Of a stretch of DNA of 64,000 nucleotides, positions 50,801 through 63,177 are shown in pieces. The notes beneath the pieces were generated by a model, which worked only from the letters and a program-made list of their open reading frames with translations, did no database searches and was not told the origin of the DNA. The translations under genes were made by a program, and so were the position numbers. Numbering within the stretch: position 1 is the first letter of the stretch; every line of letters begins with the position of its first letter. The stretch spans positions 186,001 through 250,000 of the forward strand of contig JAQGDQ010000079.1 in the NCBI GenBank assembly GCA_030141605.1, written 5' to 3'. The stretch is from Tubiluchus corallicola (lineage: Eukaryota > Animalia > Priapulida).

Positions 50801-53800
50801 GTTTAACTCAACATACTTCAAAGTTGCATTTTTTGCTATTTTCTCTCGACTTAGTGGAGTAGGTGGCATTGCGCTGAGACTTGAAAATGCAAACAATTGG
50901 TACACAGATGGAGGCATGCACACTCGATGGATCAACTTGCGGAATGTCTCCACATTTTCTGAATCCACTTCCTCGTCAAAAGCAATTTTTAGCAGCTAAA
51001 ATAAATAATGAATTTTATGTTCTTGGATTTCTCATAACTGAAATTCCTACATTCTAATATACGGCAACAAGACGAATTGACAGTATCTTCCGCAATACCT
51101 TACACAATTACATCAAACTCATACATTCACAGAATGCTCTCAACAATGTTAACAGAACTAAAACACACACAGAAAACATGGTTGCCACTTGACAAAAACA
51201 ATTTAAAAACTTGCTACTTAGAAATTTAGTATTATCATAATCAAATTTCATTTTTGACTTAAACAACTGAGGAATTTTCCAGTTAAAACTCATCGTACTG
51301 TCTTGCTGTACTTTTGTACATATTTCTTATTTAACAAATCCCACAGTTCATCAGCAATTTTTTTCATGTCAAATAAAAAATTGTTTCCAGCAACTCCCAA
51401 AGAGTGAGACCTTTCACTTGAAAATAAGTGTTGATAGCATCAAGTGTGTTTTCAGGTCTGCTCATCTGAGCTCTTTCACAAACAAACTTCTCTCCTAAAT
51501 AAACATTTCAAGCATGAAAAATTCATGCATGAATAAATTACATATGCAAGATCCTTGAACAACTGCGTCACTTATCAGGGAAAATAGCAATTTCCACTAT
51601 AAGTCAAAAAAATCAATAAATGATCCTAAAACTGTTAAATATACAAATGAACAAAGAGTACCTGGAATGTGTTAGATCGCAATTGTAGTCCCTCAGACAG
51701 TGACTGCTCTATGTGAACTAAATACTGACTACTAATTTTTTTCTCCTTGGTCAAGCTAACAACCGGAAAACTGCGTATCACAATCTGTTCACAAGCTGAA
51801 ACAAAGCCAAGAAAATGAGCTTCAGTTTCGATTAAATCAGCGTACATAACTACAGATTGAAAAAATGGACTCACTTCACTAAGTGGATAAATACTTTCGA
51901 AGATACAACCTAGCCTCCAAAAATTTTACAACTGTTAGGCCACATAGATGACTACATATTATTATTGCACTAATTACATTAAGATATCAATTCACTGACT
52001 GTGAACTGCTTACCAAATGGATCACAGGGTGTTCCTTTAAAGATTATGCGGTATGTTGTTAAGAATATGGCACCCTCAGCTGGCAGTAACTGTGGTCCAC
52101 CATTTGCACCGGTGGCTACATCCCGTCCATCCGGAACCAGGAATACTCGAAGGCCTCCCATCACAATCTCTTCACCATTAAGCAAAGTTGGTGTCAAAAT
52201 CTTAGGCTGGAACAGTTAAGAGTAAGTACTGAATGAATTGAAAAGCCGAGCAGATATTACACGATAGTTTATTCGTTAGTGTCATCTAGTTCATGGACAA
52301 TAACATTGAAAAATAATAACAACTGCCATGGAAAAGCAGACATTTGAATAAAAGAATACTATAATTTACAAAACTATTACTCATTAAAGAGTTCTAATTT
52401 TGTTTTAGCTTTACATTGTTGACACATATGCCATATTATGTTGCATTCATGTAATTACGTATTTCTAAAATCTTACGTAAACACTTTGTAATCATATCTT
52501 TCTAATAGCCTTAAGATACACAATTCTCATGATGCAAAATTAAGTTAACCAAAGCTCTTTTTTTTTCTTTTTTTATTTTCATCCATTAATACATTTTTAA
52601 AAATAAACTTTAATTCCAAAAAATAGTACCGTGCTAAGAAAAATTTAATACCACAATATAACATACCTTCTGTATTGGTGGCAATCTCTTGCATTCTCTA
52701 AATACAGCATCTAATGTTTCTATGTGCATTGCTACGACACCTGGAATTATAATGGTACTATTTAGTTTAATTTTATTTAAAAAGAATAAATAAGTGCTTA
52801 CATAAAAGGCAAGACAATGTTACAAAAACAAAAGCCCCAGAGTTAAGTGTGTTTGGCACTTCTTTGCACTTGACAATCCATTTGTTAAGTTGTCATAATT
52901 CAAAATAACAGGACCTAGTGAAAATGTCAGATGTATTTGACTACTGCACCATGACTGTGCAATTTACAAAGCTGCTCAATTGCCCAAGTAGGAAAACGTT
53001 TAAAACAGTCTCAGCGACAGTATATTATACAAGAATTTCTTAGCATTTACTTTTTTTACTATAGTTAATCAGCTTATACTAGTTTACTGCTGATATAAAT
53101 TAAAAAATATATCTCTTACATGCTGTCAGTAAATTGAATACCATTTTTAATGCATACCAGGTATCATCTGATGCAAGGCATGAATATGCTCTTGAGTAAC
53201 TCGACTGTTTGAACAAACTTTGTCCACAAATCTGGTGATAAACCGTACGATCGTCGTCCCTGCTTCTGTAGTATCCTCCTCGAATCCAGACTCAGCATCA
53301 AAACTATCACTCTCGGCAATACTGAGCAAACAATACAAAAGTAAATATTACTTATAGCAAAAAAACTAAACCAACCTTCATAACAGCATAAAAATCAATA
53401 CATGGCATAAAACTGTTTTTTCCTCAAATAACATTACGCAAGAAGAGTTTAATCACAGAACATCACAATCATGTTTGCTAGTTCATTAAGCCTTGTGCTC
53501 ACAAACAATACATAATCACACATGAAAGAATGCCAAGATGCCATATCTAATTCATCTAATATGGTGACATTTTTCCAAAATGCTTTAAACTATTCCAATA
53601 AAAATGACTAATCAGTACATGCGGGAAATAGCATGTAATTAAGGTATTAAAAGAGCTATGTCAGCCATTGACTGACATGTTTCATTAATCCTGGGGTTAT
53701 TGTTTATTTGCATGGAATTAGATAACAAGCTACCATAGATGATGCTTAACTCACCTAACTATAATTAATAAAAGTTTTTGTATTCTTGTTAATCAGCAAT

Positions 53801-56800
53801 ACAGACACAAACAGCAAATTATAACAAAAGGTGCAAAAATCGGTAAAATTATATGAAATATAAGTCCGTGTGCAAAATGCATAAAATAATATTATGCCAG
53901 AATGTGGAAAAAGCTTTGCATAAAGCACATTTAGGAAGCTAAACAGTGAACAAAAAATGTAATATTTAAAAAATCTTGCTGCTGTAATAAAAACTTCAGA
54001 CTTGAGTGCACATGTGATAAAGAATGCTCACTCTAGTTCTGGGTCGAATCCACTGTTGCAATGAGAAAAACGATTTGTTATAAGATGACGAATTGAACTA
54101 TTTTACGAAAGAATTACCAATAGAATATACTTGCAAAAGGCTTTTTGAGTAACTCCATTTAAAATTTCACAGTTTTAACATTGGCATAGACACACTTGTA
54201 TTCGCAACAACCTGCAAACTACTCGCAATAAGGTGTTTAACAATTGACCAAAGCGAAAAGCACATTACTCTAACACACAAAGATGAAATACCTGTTTGAG
54301 CAGTGGAATCCAACAGCTGTCAGCTACTGAGATTAGAACCCATTTCTTAGAGAACAGCCGGTTGTTGCCATGCTCAAACATGTTTTCAAAAAGTAGTATG
54401 GTACGGGCATTTGCAGAAATAGAAGTGAGGACCAATGCAGTGTATGGTACCACACCAAAGTTGCACACAAGCGCTTATTAGACACGCTTAAGCATTGAGG
54501 AGTGGCAAATCTTCAGGCATCGTCAACCTTAGATCATTGTCATTTGTTAATACCAGCCTTATAAAGATTACTAGTAATTACGAAGTAGTTTTCTCTTCAA
54601 GAATAAAGATAAGCAGGAAGTTATCTTTATAGCAGTGAGGTATTGAAAGTCATGTCTGCATTAACAACATCATAAATGTTTACACTACGGTTACATGCCA
54701 ACTTTTATTAATGAATTACTGATTACATGCTACAGTTAACAATGCCTAGGTATCAAAATATGAATTCACCTGTTTGTTATGTTGCTGCTGCTGCTTTCAT
54801 CATTAACATCCATCTTGATACCTTTGCTAACATCTAAAGGTACACGGAGATACACCATTCGATTCGCATAATGTATCGCCTGACTGTAAACTGTAGATTC
54901 CTCGTTAGAGATACGTTCCGTCTTCTCTTCTTCACTAAGATGAGGCCACATTCTTATCTGAAATAAATAAGTAAATAAAAGTATCGGTAAACCCGGAACG
55001 AAAATATTTCGAAAGATAACACATCATTAAAAAAGTTCTACAGGCATGACTGTTGCTAATATGAAATCATTACAAGCGTGGCAGTAACGAAAATGGTTCT
55101 GATTTTATTTACGAATAACACATTTTTATACTATAGATGCATTCATCGATCCGTCAATTGTCATGCATATTTCAATTAGTGATGGGTCTCTTTACTCCTT
55201 TGTGAAACTCAACCCTATTTAAACCTAAACAAGCTTGTAATCAGACTAGCAATATTTCACACTGATTGATAATTTGACATTTTTCTTATTCATATTATTA
55301 CTGATGATAGTTTTATTACCAAGTCATTTTTACTTATAAAGATACACAAGGTGATAAATCGGAGACCAAACTATGCTAACTCGGTAACTATCTCAAAAGT
55401 TTTAATGCTGAGATTATAAGTAAGTAATTGTTCATAATCAGGAAGAGTTAAATTGAGTTATCACATCTCTTCAAGCTCATTGAACAATTACCTGTTCAGC
55501 TGCTATGGCCAAAGCTTTTTTCTCTGGTGGTCTTAAATAAAGTGACCGTCGATGATGACCCATATCATCACCTTGCTGAAGTCGATGCAAAGCCTCAGTT
55601 CCAGACCAGCTAGCACTGGTGAGCTGTGGCATTTTCTGCAATTAAACAAACAAATACTAAGGTTAAAAATAAAAGAAACACAAACCTAATATCTGAGTGC
55701 TTGTATGGGATGCACAGGCACCCACCTTGGCAGGCAGGAATAGTGAAACTAAAAATCGTAAAACATTTGGCTATTTCGCTTGCTCCTTTCCCCTGGCCAT
55801 TGTTATGTGAAATAAGATGATTAATAAACTTACATCACGAGGACTAGATGGCACAAGACTAACAGGTTCAATTTCGGCAATGAGGCCCTCCTGCGGAGTG
55901 ACATACAGCAGACGGATTTGCCTTTCTACGTCGGCATAAAAAGTCTGCTCCCAAAATTGCATGCTGGACCATACTGGATGTTCCTGGATGCACGTGTATG
56001 CAAACTGGATAACTCCAGTGCATAATTTCTGAAACAGATGATAGATTTGTATAAAATAAAGTTGAATACAAGTGTCACTGGTGTATCTTACTGTGGTGGT
56101 GCACAAAATATTCGTACTGTGATAGGGCACAAAGATAGGGCGCTATCACACTTACTTATAATCAGTTAATATACAGCAAATTATATAACCTAGTAATATT
56201 GTAAAAAGAAACAATTAATTTGGAGCTATTACATGTCTGTTAATGACGATAAGCAAACTAAACTTTACTTATAAATAACAAAATTCAATGCTCAAGAGCA
56301 ATAATGCATTCTTCATTTCGGGACATTAGACATTGCCAGTGGCTTGTCAACATTTGTTTACAAACAGACGAAGACCAAATTACTAAAAATGAGGCATAAC
56401 AACTTAAATGTGGTTCAGTTTTGTTGATTTCTTACCCTACAAAAGGCAGTGACTAGAGGCAAAAATGCAGCAGCGACACCGTGTTCATCCATTGAAGATT
56501 CATTCTGAAAAAACAACACTACTGAAAATACATCGGTACAGCATTATTGAAAAATAAAATATCTATCCTGCCTACAAATGAACAATTACTTATAACAAGC
56601 CCTATCAGTACTCACATATTTACAGATAAAAATGAGCACAAAGTAAAAGCTGCTTTTTATATGTTGGGACTTGTACAATCAGCCCTGATTTTTATTACAG
56701 TCATTCAAATCAGTCAGTTTCAAGACTGCTCACCTACACTAGAACAATACATAATTACAACTATTCAAACCAGCTTGTTCATTGTCTAGTTGTAATTTTA

Positions 56801-59800
56801 TACACAAAGTTATTAGATGGTACAAATGTTAAATTGTGCAGCTAATGTATTTTAGATTTAACACTTATGCTACTACAAGCTGTTAAAAATATAATTGCAT
56901 TTTCTCTACAATATAGGAACAAGGAGTACACTGAAGCCAAACTGGTACCAGACCTACTCTAGAAGTAACACACAACATGTACTGACATGTGATACAAACC
57001 TGAAGAGCGCAGTTCATCAACCGCACTAGTAGATCAAACTGCTGATGTTCTAACATGGCTCGATTAGTTTGGACACGCAATGCTAACTCTTGAGTGAGTG
57101 CTAACCTGGCTGTCTTGCTCTTCAAAGTACGGAGAACAGCTGGGAACGTCTAAAATATACAACATTGAAATTATCATATGTTTATATCTATAACTAAGTT
57201 CAGTAAGCATTAACACCATGAATGCATAGTATCACATAAACAACAAGGTATTGTAACAACAGTCCTGTATCAAGTAAAGTAAGGTAAGCTTACTATTGAA
57301 AAACTATTCACAAACATTCATATTACTGCTATACCTTATTCTGGGCTCTTGTTTAAAATTCTCTTAATTTCCAATATTCGCATATAAAACAACGCAGTTG
57401 GTTTTTGTAAAAATGTCAAAATATTATAGGTCTTAGTCTGCAAGATGTTAGGGAAACCAAGTTAAGACAACAGGAGTTTTCCTTGTACTCCAATGATTAC
57501 CATGTCAATGCAGAGAAGTTCAACACTATGTTTTGCCGATTCACTGAGATATTCTGGGAAGTACTGCATTAACAAGAACAGCAAAGCTTTTGTACACCGA
57601 TTTTGGATCATTAGTTTAGTACATTTTACATTTTTAGTTTATTTTACATCAGATCATCAAAAATCGCTCTGTATTTTTTTTTACATTATGCTTGCGTTAT
57701 GAAGTAAATTTCAGTTGCCATTGTTATTATGTTCCTGATGTCAGATTTTTATTTCAGTTCTTGTTTCAGTCCTTATTTCAGTTATCTTCAGTTTGATTTT
57801 TTTTATTATTATTATTATGCACTTATTATTACTGTGTATGAATTGTACTAACACATTATAAGCATATCATTATCAATTTTATGTCATTCCTAACAATTTA
57901 GTTTTTATTATAAGCAGTACTAACACTAATACACTGTAGCATAGCGCCTTTAAAAAAATGTTCATCACTAACCAAAGGGCAGCTGACTAGATGATCAATT
58001 GGTCTTTCGCTGCCCTTTCTTCACATTTTTGTTGCTAAATTAATTGTATTGTAACTGTGTGTGTTAAAAGATAAATAAAAGATTATTATTATTATTATTA
58101 CATTCCACTTGTTCTTCCTAAGTATTGAACAGAGTTCAGACATTAATTTTTGTTCATCAAATACTATGATATATACTCCATTCCCTTAAAAAGCTCGGTT
58201 TGAATTTGTAACAGGCAAATAGTTACAAAATGCAACAATTTTTCCTGTAAAAAGAGTATCTTGTTTTGTGAAGTGTGTTGGCTTTGCTAACATTCAATGT
58301 TTTAAACAGTAAAATGAGCATTACTTACTGTGTGGTTTGTAAATATTTCTCGTCTAAAAAATGTGAACTGGTACCTTTCTAGCGTCTGCAATTTTATTTT
58401 CAAAAATGCAATTGACACAACTACGAAGAACTTCAAGTCGTCTCGTACTACTTTCAAGGAAGAGTTGATTCTGACCAATTCCTACAATGTCTGGACCTAG
58501 AGGTACGATCTTTGGATGCTGTGGGCGAGCTTGGTGCAGCCGAGACTTTAAGCTTTGCTTTGAAATCCCTTCATCTATTATTTCCTGTGCCTAAAACACA
58601 AAAAGAGTGATGCCAGGAGCAAATATTCTTTATAATTTTTGCAGACAAATCTTTTTAAATACTATATGAAGCAAACCGGCCAGTTTAGCTGACGGTGTTA
58701 AAAGTTGTACTCGACTCAGATAACCTGTTTCAAATGCTTAGTGTAGGTCTATACGACATGCTGCACAGGAAACATGCTCAATAGATTACCCATGATACTG
58801 GTATTTTGGAACTATAAAGAATTTATTCAAGTACCTATTAGTCTTTATGCTGAGTCGAGTTATGACATTATAGGTCCTGTACTGCTCAAAAAAGTAATGG
58901 TAGTGTGCAAACTCCAAAAAGCAGTAAATTGTTTTATTTATACCGCAAGTCAAACTCCATTTCGTTCTTCTTTTCAAGTTCTCATATTATCAAATTATTT
59001 AAGAAATTTTTAAATTACATAAGGAGTTACTGAGAAAGATAAAATTATGACCTTTATTAGTTTCTAATTCAAATGCCTTATACATGAAAAACAAGTACTG
59101 CTTCAGTTATTTTAAAGGTCATTATAAAAGTGTATTATGCAGATTTATAATGTAAAATATTAATAATAAACATATGATTTTAAAGGTTACAAACACCAGC
59201 ATAAATGCAACAACGTTACTGACCTGCACCCAATCAATCCACGGAAAAATCGGCTGATGAATTCTCAGATGTGAGCCCTCTGTTGGCCGGGGTATCTTCT
59301 GCACATACGGCTGAGGATTAGGATTTTCATTAATAAACAACTGCTGAGCTAATTCCTGAATGTTGTGCAACATAGTCTCAGGATGCTTAACTTCTCCTTC
59401 TAAAAGCTCAGCAATGTTTGCATATTGCTGCAAACAAAAAATTACTCATTAGTAACCAAAATTATGTTAAAACAGAGACATTTAAACATTATATTTCTCT
59501 CTCTAAAAAACTTTGACAAGTGGAAGCAGGAAAACATCTGATTTTTCTAAACTAGTAAAAAAATGGCAAAGCAGAGATTACTAATATGACTTAAAAACAT
59601 GACCTACAAACTTTTGTTTATTGAAATTACATCATAGATAGTAATTATGACAAATATAATATACAAGCTAATAAAAAATTATAACAACAATATATATCAT
59701 GATGACAAGCCTCGACAAATTTTATTGATAATCAGAATAAAAATGTGATGTGTCATATAGTTGTAAAGTCATTTTCTGAGTTTACAGCAAAACCTAAATT

Positions 59801-62474
59801 ACTGTGAATGGAAAAAGTCATTATCCAAAATAGAGTGACACTTTCAATGAGATGATCAACCGAACGACAATATCGTTATCATTAAATGGACAGTAATAAC
59901 ATGTTCTACACATAGTCTTGAAAGAGCAATCAGTTTTGCCAAGGTAGATTTGTTACAGCTTCTTACACTAGAGAACAACTGAAGACTACTTAAAAATGGC
60001 ATTTTCACGAAATGTGTTAACTCAGAACTCAAGTTATATTTGCATGAACCTCAAAGAAAAGCTTGCTTTTATCTTATATTATAAACGTATTACTAAAATA
60101 TTGATAAAGTACAATAATTATATATTCACACATGATGAATCATGGCAGATCAGATGATCCAATAAAGTCTTCGGACTAATCCTTATTTGTGAAAATTAAA
60201 AATAAAACCCAATTCAAAGCTATAACAATTTCTCCATAAGCACAAATTATCATTCTCTCAGACAAAATCATTTTAACAGATAATGCACGCTATAAACAGC
60301 TAGAAGAAACGAACCTCATCGAAAATGTCCAGTACTCTGAAAGGCGGACCTCTCTCGGTCACAAAAGTATTGAAAGACATGCTATCTAGAACTTTTGTCA
60401 TAAACTCTACATCCAACATTCCTCTGTGACCCAAAAACATTGCCTAAAAACAAGGAAGTACAAGTCTGGATTTGCACAAATGTCCTTAACACATCTGTTT
60501 TTGTTTTTAGAACTGCATCAAACTTATCTAAAGCCTTCAAAAATTTGTGTTTCGCCAGCATTATGAATCATAATACAGTAAGTGCCAATTAATAGACTCA
60601 CTTTGGGATGAAATTTACCCAATTAACTGACGAGTGCAGATACATTACCACTTTAAAAGTATGAGTCATCACTTGTCAGCTTAGTATGCACTACAAAGGC
60701 TTTAAATGCATTTTTAAATGCAAATTAATGTCAAAATTCCAATGTGCAATTATTTAATAATACTAATTTATATAAGTGAGTTAATAAAAAAATAAGAAAT
60801 TGCACAAATCTGATTATTACCACTACAAATTATAGAAATTCGTGCAATGTCGGCAGCTTCATTTTTCACAAAGAGGTTGGTTTATGAAATTCTCATACTG
60901 ATTAAAACATTGAAAATCGGTTTATGTATGCCACACATATTCATGCAAAACATCTACTTATCTAGTGCTTGGGCTGCATTTGGTGATGACCATGTTTTAG
61001 CTTCCAGAAACAACGAGGTTAATTGCAGTGGACGAGCAGATAACAGCTGTACTTAACATGACTGTTTCTACATATATTGTAGTGCACAAAATCAAAATAA
61101 AGACGACATAAAAGTAGTAAAAGCTCTTTGGTCACGCACAAGTGTCTTATTTTAAGTACATGAAGCAAAAATATTGGGTCAATTATACGGAGTTATTTGA
61201 GTCAATAAGCCTTTTGACAGTTCCAGCAATTGATGATGATTGTGAAAAGGTCTAAGAACAAGTGTACCAGACAACATATTTGTGTACACTTCACAACACC
61301 TTGCAGCCCAAGCTACTATAATAGTAACAGTTTTAACAGCTATCTAGAACTTTACCTAGTTATTTTTTCTTGTTCCCAAGCAAGATCCTGCTAATAAATT
61401 GCTTTATGTGCAGACTAATGTATAATTAAGTAAAGTCCACGTAAAACAACTGAACTTACTGAACTGATGTAGCAGATGGCTTTGTTTTACACACATGTCA
61501 CGTGACGATTGTAGTTAAGACAGAATGCTGTGGTATACTTAACCGTTGACCTGCAGCAACTGTGCGTGCGCGCAATGAAACTGCGAAAAGCCTTATTGCC
61601 AGCAGTTTTTACAAACGTATGCATAGGATCGGCCAATATCAGGCATTTCTGAGTCAATTAGGTGACTGATTCTATTATCCATAAGTCTATTAACCATTAA
61701 CAATAAACAGCACCAAAAGTATGTCACAGTCAGTTCAATAGTATGTTTTTCTAGCACTTCCACAACAGTCAAGTAAATCATGAGTCAAAAGAATATTTTC
61801 ATCAAAAAACTTGATTGTACTTGGCTATTTGGTCTTTTGCATTATCTTGAGAAAACTACTGCAAATGCCCTGTTAGAGATGTTATTGTAAAGATGAAATA
61901 AACTCTAACTCTTTCACCATAGTGCTGTATTGCCTTTCTATAATGTTACATAACATTTTCTCACTTTTTGCACTTACTTTATGAAAAGTAATGAATGGTT
62001 CCGGGTGTATTCGTATAACAGTGAGGCAAGATCGATATCCCAAGAACAATTCACAAAACATTCGGAGGAAAACCGCACGAATTTCCTTATCCTGAAAAAT
62101 ATTCAAATTCTTGGAGATGTAGGCTAAAATTAGCAAATGATTTTAGATGAATTTTACACAAAAAACGTAAAAATTAATATTGCTCACAAGAAATAATTAC
62201 ATATATTACCAGCAATTCAATTCAATGCAATAAATTTATTTGATTTGTCCCTTTGTCTTACATAATAAAGTATATTACATAATCATTGATTAGGAAATGA
62301 AACTAGAGATACGGTGGCAAAAAACCAGAGGTCACCTAAGCAGTCACCCTGATACCACTATCGAAATTTATATTCAATGCCATGTTTTCATGAAATCAAA
62401 TGTGCGTGGCTGCAGTATTATCATTTATAGTTGTTTTTCCCTTTTTACATTTCATGTATGTATATATATGTGTG

Positions 62475-62519
<45 letters not shown>

Positions 62520-63177
62520 GATGTATTTAACATATATATCTTACATAGCAATATCATAGTATTGACAATGTTGTGAAAAGTTTCAAATAATAAACCATAA
62601 ACAAAAAGTATTTATTTAAAAAAAAAGAGAAACATGTAAAATGAACCCCGGCCATTAAGTAGTATACAATAAGATAACTAAAGTGAGATATGAGCATAAA
62701 CAAGTTGCAGGTTAGGCCTACTTATACAGCTTGCTTCTTGCAATACAGATAAGTGCATTTTACCAGCATTGTAGGGGTTGTGCTTCGTATGGAAGATGAT
62801 GAGAATGCATAGTCAGCTACCTGCAGGTCTGGATGTAACACCTAAAAAACAGAAAAAACAGCTTGCTCTGTTATACCAAAGAAGTTTAGTCCAAAGGATC
62901 AATGCAAATAATAGAACACAATAAATTACGTAACATACACAAAAATAGTATGGCACAATTAATTGTATCAATTTGGATATAATCGACCACACACATCACA
63001 AAATCTCCGGGAAAAATTTCTGCATTTGCCTAAATACACATATAATCATATTGCAGAACTTACAGTGAACAATGCCGTCAAAGTCCTAGTGTAAATAGGT
63101 TCAGGTATACGAGGTATAGAAACATGTTCAGGTATTAAAACGCTGCCACCATCCAAATCTGCTACGATTACATCCAA
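36467..63177 (-). CDS. SBF2: SET-binding factor / myotubularin-related pseudophosphatase (Sbf, MTMR5/MTMR13 type); 5' end lies beyond the window
   Basis: 35 GT-AG exons join in frame (5241 nt): 63177-63064, 62841-62764, 62091-61978, 60443-60315, 59427-59224, 58590-58375, 57149-57000, 56504-56436, 56028-55834, 55635-55492, 54957-54770, 53321-53158, 52740-52667, 52206-52014, 51795-51662, 50995-50817, 49949-49753, 49492-49397, 49292-49124, 48804-48686, 48327-48220, 47979-47812, 44686-44573, 44151-43919, 43453-43349, 43015-42830, 42257-42032, 41930-41839, 41454-41218, 40967-40872, 39758-39551, 38512-38354, 37843-37686, 37242-37111, 36559-36467. Domains: DENN ([21 protein letters not shown]), GRAM ([17 protein letters not shown]), dead phosphatase site [23 protein letters not shown]1, PH ([22 protein letters not shown]). 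Probably the single invertebrate co-ortholog of SBF1/SBF2. Confidence 0.93.
37111..37242 (-). CDS. SBF2: Sbf exon (PH domain)
   Basis: [31 protein letters not shown]. Confidence 0.9.
37686..37843 (-). CDS. SBF2: Sbf exon (PH domain start)
   Basis: [29 protein letters not shown]. Confidence 0.9.
38354..38512 (-). CDS. SBF2: Sbf exon (C1 domain, C-terminal half)
   Basis: [22 protein letters not shown]. Confidence 0.9.
38850..39003 (-). mobile_element. Partial HINE/Helentron-like element related to 807-1428
   Basis: Minus strand reads TTACCTTTGTC..ATGTTTTCGTATCCATTTGTTTGTTTGTTAAC..ACAAAACTTTGTGGAG, paralleling the 5' part of the 807 element. Confidence 0.45.
39551..39758 (-). CDS. SBF2: Sbf exon (C1 domain, N-terminal half)
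   Basis: [48 protein letters not shown]. Confidence 0.9.
40872..40967 (-). CDS. SBF2: Sbf exon (coiled coil)
   Basis: [24 protein letters not shown]. Confidence 0.88.
41218..41454 (-). CDS. SBF2: Sbf exon
   Basis: [30 protein letters not shown]. Confidence 0.9.
41731..41804. repeat. (TC)n/(GA)n microsatellite in Sbf intron
   Basis: About 37 perfect TC units. Confidence 0.97.
41839..41930 (-). CDS. SBF2: Sbf exon
   Basis: [22 protein letters not shown]. Confidence 0.88.
42032..42257 (-). CDS. SBF2: Sbf exon (myotubularin domain)
   Basis: [31 protein letters not shown]. Confidence 0.9.
42830..43015 (-). CDS. SBF2: Sbf exon (myotubularin domain)
   Basis: [39 protein letters not shown]. Confidence 0.92.
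43349..43453 (-). CDS. SBF2: Sbf exon containing the inactivated PTP signature
   Basis: [17 protein letters not shown] replaces the active VHCSDGWDRT; the catalytic Cys and Arg are lost. Confidence 0.92.
43919..44151 (-). CDS. SBF2: Sbf exon
   Basis: [34 protein letters not shown]. Confidence 0.9.
44573..44686 (-). CDS. SBF2: Sbf exon (insert region)
   Basis: tttccag|[26 protein letters not shown]; donor gtaagt; phase 1-1. Confidence 0.75.
46805..46843 (-). CDS. SBF2: Putative 39-nt cassette microexon of Sbf
   Basis: aatgtag|GT GTG CCA GAA GAA ACT GTG TTT GAA ACC AGT TCA CTA G|gtgagc; frame-preserving phase 1-1. Confidence 0.5.
   Translation of the reverse strand: MCQKKLCLKPVH
47812..47979 (-). 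CDS. SBF2: Sbf exon
   Basis: [28 protein letters not shown]; donor T|gtatgt (alternative in-frame donor at 47827). Confidence 0.8.
48220..48327 (-). CDS. SBF2: Sbf exon
   Basis: [18 protein letters not shown]. Confidence 0.88.
48686..48804 (-). CDS. SBF2: Sbf exon
   Basis: [24 protein letters not shown]. Confidence 0.9.
49124..49292 (-). CDS. SBF2: Sbf exon
   Basis: [25 protein letters not shown]. Confidence 0.9.
49397..49492 (-). CDS. SBF2: Sbf exon
   Basis: [18 protein letters not shown]. Confidence 0.88.
49753..49949 (-). CDS. SBF2: Sbf exon
   Basis: [22 protein letters not shown]. Confidence 0.85.
50817..50995 (-). CDS. SBF2: Sbf exon
   Basis: [25 protein letters not shown]. Confidence 0.9.
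51662..51795 (-). CDS. SBF2: Sbf exon (GRAM)
   Basis: [31 protein letters not shown]. Confidence 0.9.
52014..52206 (-). CDS. SBF2: Sbf exon (GRAM)
   Basis: [37 protein letters not shown]. Confidence 0.92.
52667..52740 (-). CDS. SBF2: Sbf exon
   Basis: [24 protein letters not shown]. Confidence 0.9.
53158..53321 (-). CDS. SBF2: Sbf exon
   Basis: [32 protein letters not shown]. Confidence 0.9.
54290..54456 (-). ncRNA. Candidate intronic structured RNA (H/ACA snoRNA-like double hairpin)
   Basis: Two stem-loops separated by an ANANNA hinge (AAAACA), ending ACA+3 nt; G-U pairs favour the transcribed minus strand. Unverified. Confidence 0.3.
54770..54957 (-). CDS. SBF2: Sbf exon
   Basis: [24 protein letters not shown]. 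Confidence 0.9.
55492..55635 (-). CDS. SBF2: Sbf exon
   Basis: [23 protein letters not shown]. Confidence 0.85.
55834..56028 (-). CDS. SBF2: Sbf exon
   Basis: [34 protein letters not shown]. Confidence 0.9.
56436..56504 (-). CDS. SBF2: Sbf exon
   Basis: [23 protein letters not shown]. Confidence 0.9.
57000..57149 (-). CDS. SBF2: Sbf exon
   Basis: [31 protein letters not shown]. Confidence 0.9.
57700..58100 (+). mobile_element. 3' end remnant of a LINE/SINE (L2/CR1-clade-like tail)
   Basis: GGGCAGC(57977-83)..GCTGCCC(58009-15) stem-loop, then AATAAA and an (ATT)n tail ending ~58100; antisense to Sbf. The 5' boundary is uncertain. Confidence 0.45.
58375..58590 (-). CDS. SBF2: Sbf exon
   Basis: [25 protein letters not shown]. 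Confidence 0.9.
59224..59427 (-). CDS. SBF2: Sbf exon
   Basis: [38 protein letters not shown]. Confidence 0.9.
60315..60443 (-). CDS. SBF2: Sbf exon (dDENN)
   Basis: [25 protein letters not shown]. Confidence 0.9.
61978..62091 (-). CDS. SBF2: Sbf exon (dDENN)
   Basis: [38 protein letters not shown]. Confidence 0.92.
62478..62519. repeat. (TTA)n microsatellite
   Basis: About 14 TTA units. Confidence 0.92.
62764..62841 (-). CDS. SBF2: Sbf exon
   Basis: [18 protein letters not shown]. Confidence 0.88.
63064..63177 (-). CDS. SBF2: Sbf exon (end of core DENN)
   Basis: [27 protein letters not shown]. Confidence 0.9.

Noticed and set aside
62297-62521. ORF ending in poly-Leu
   Set aside because: (TTA)n microsatellite antisense within an Sbf intron.
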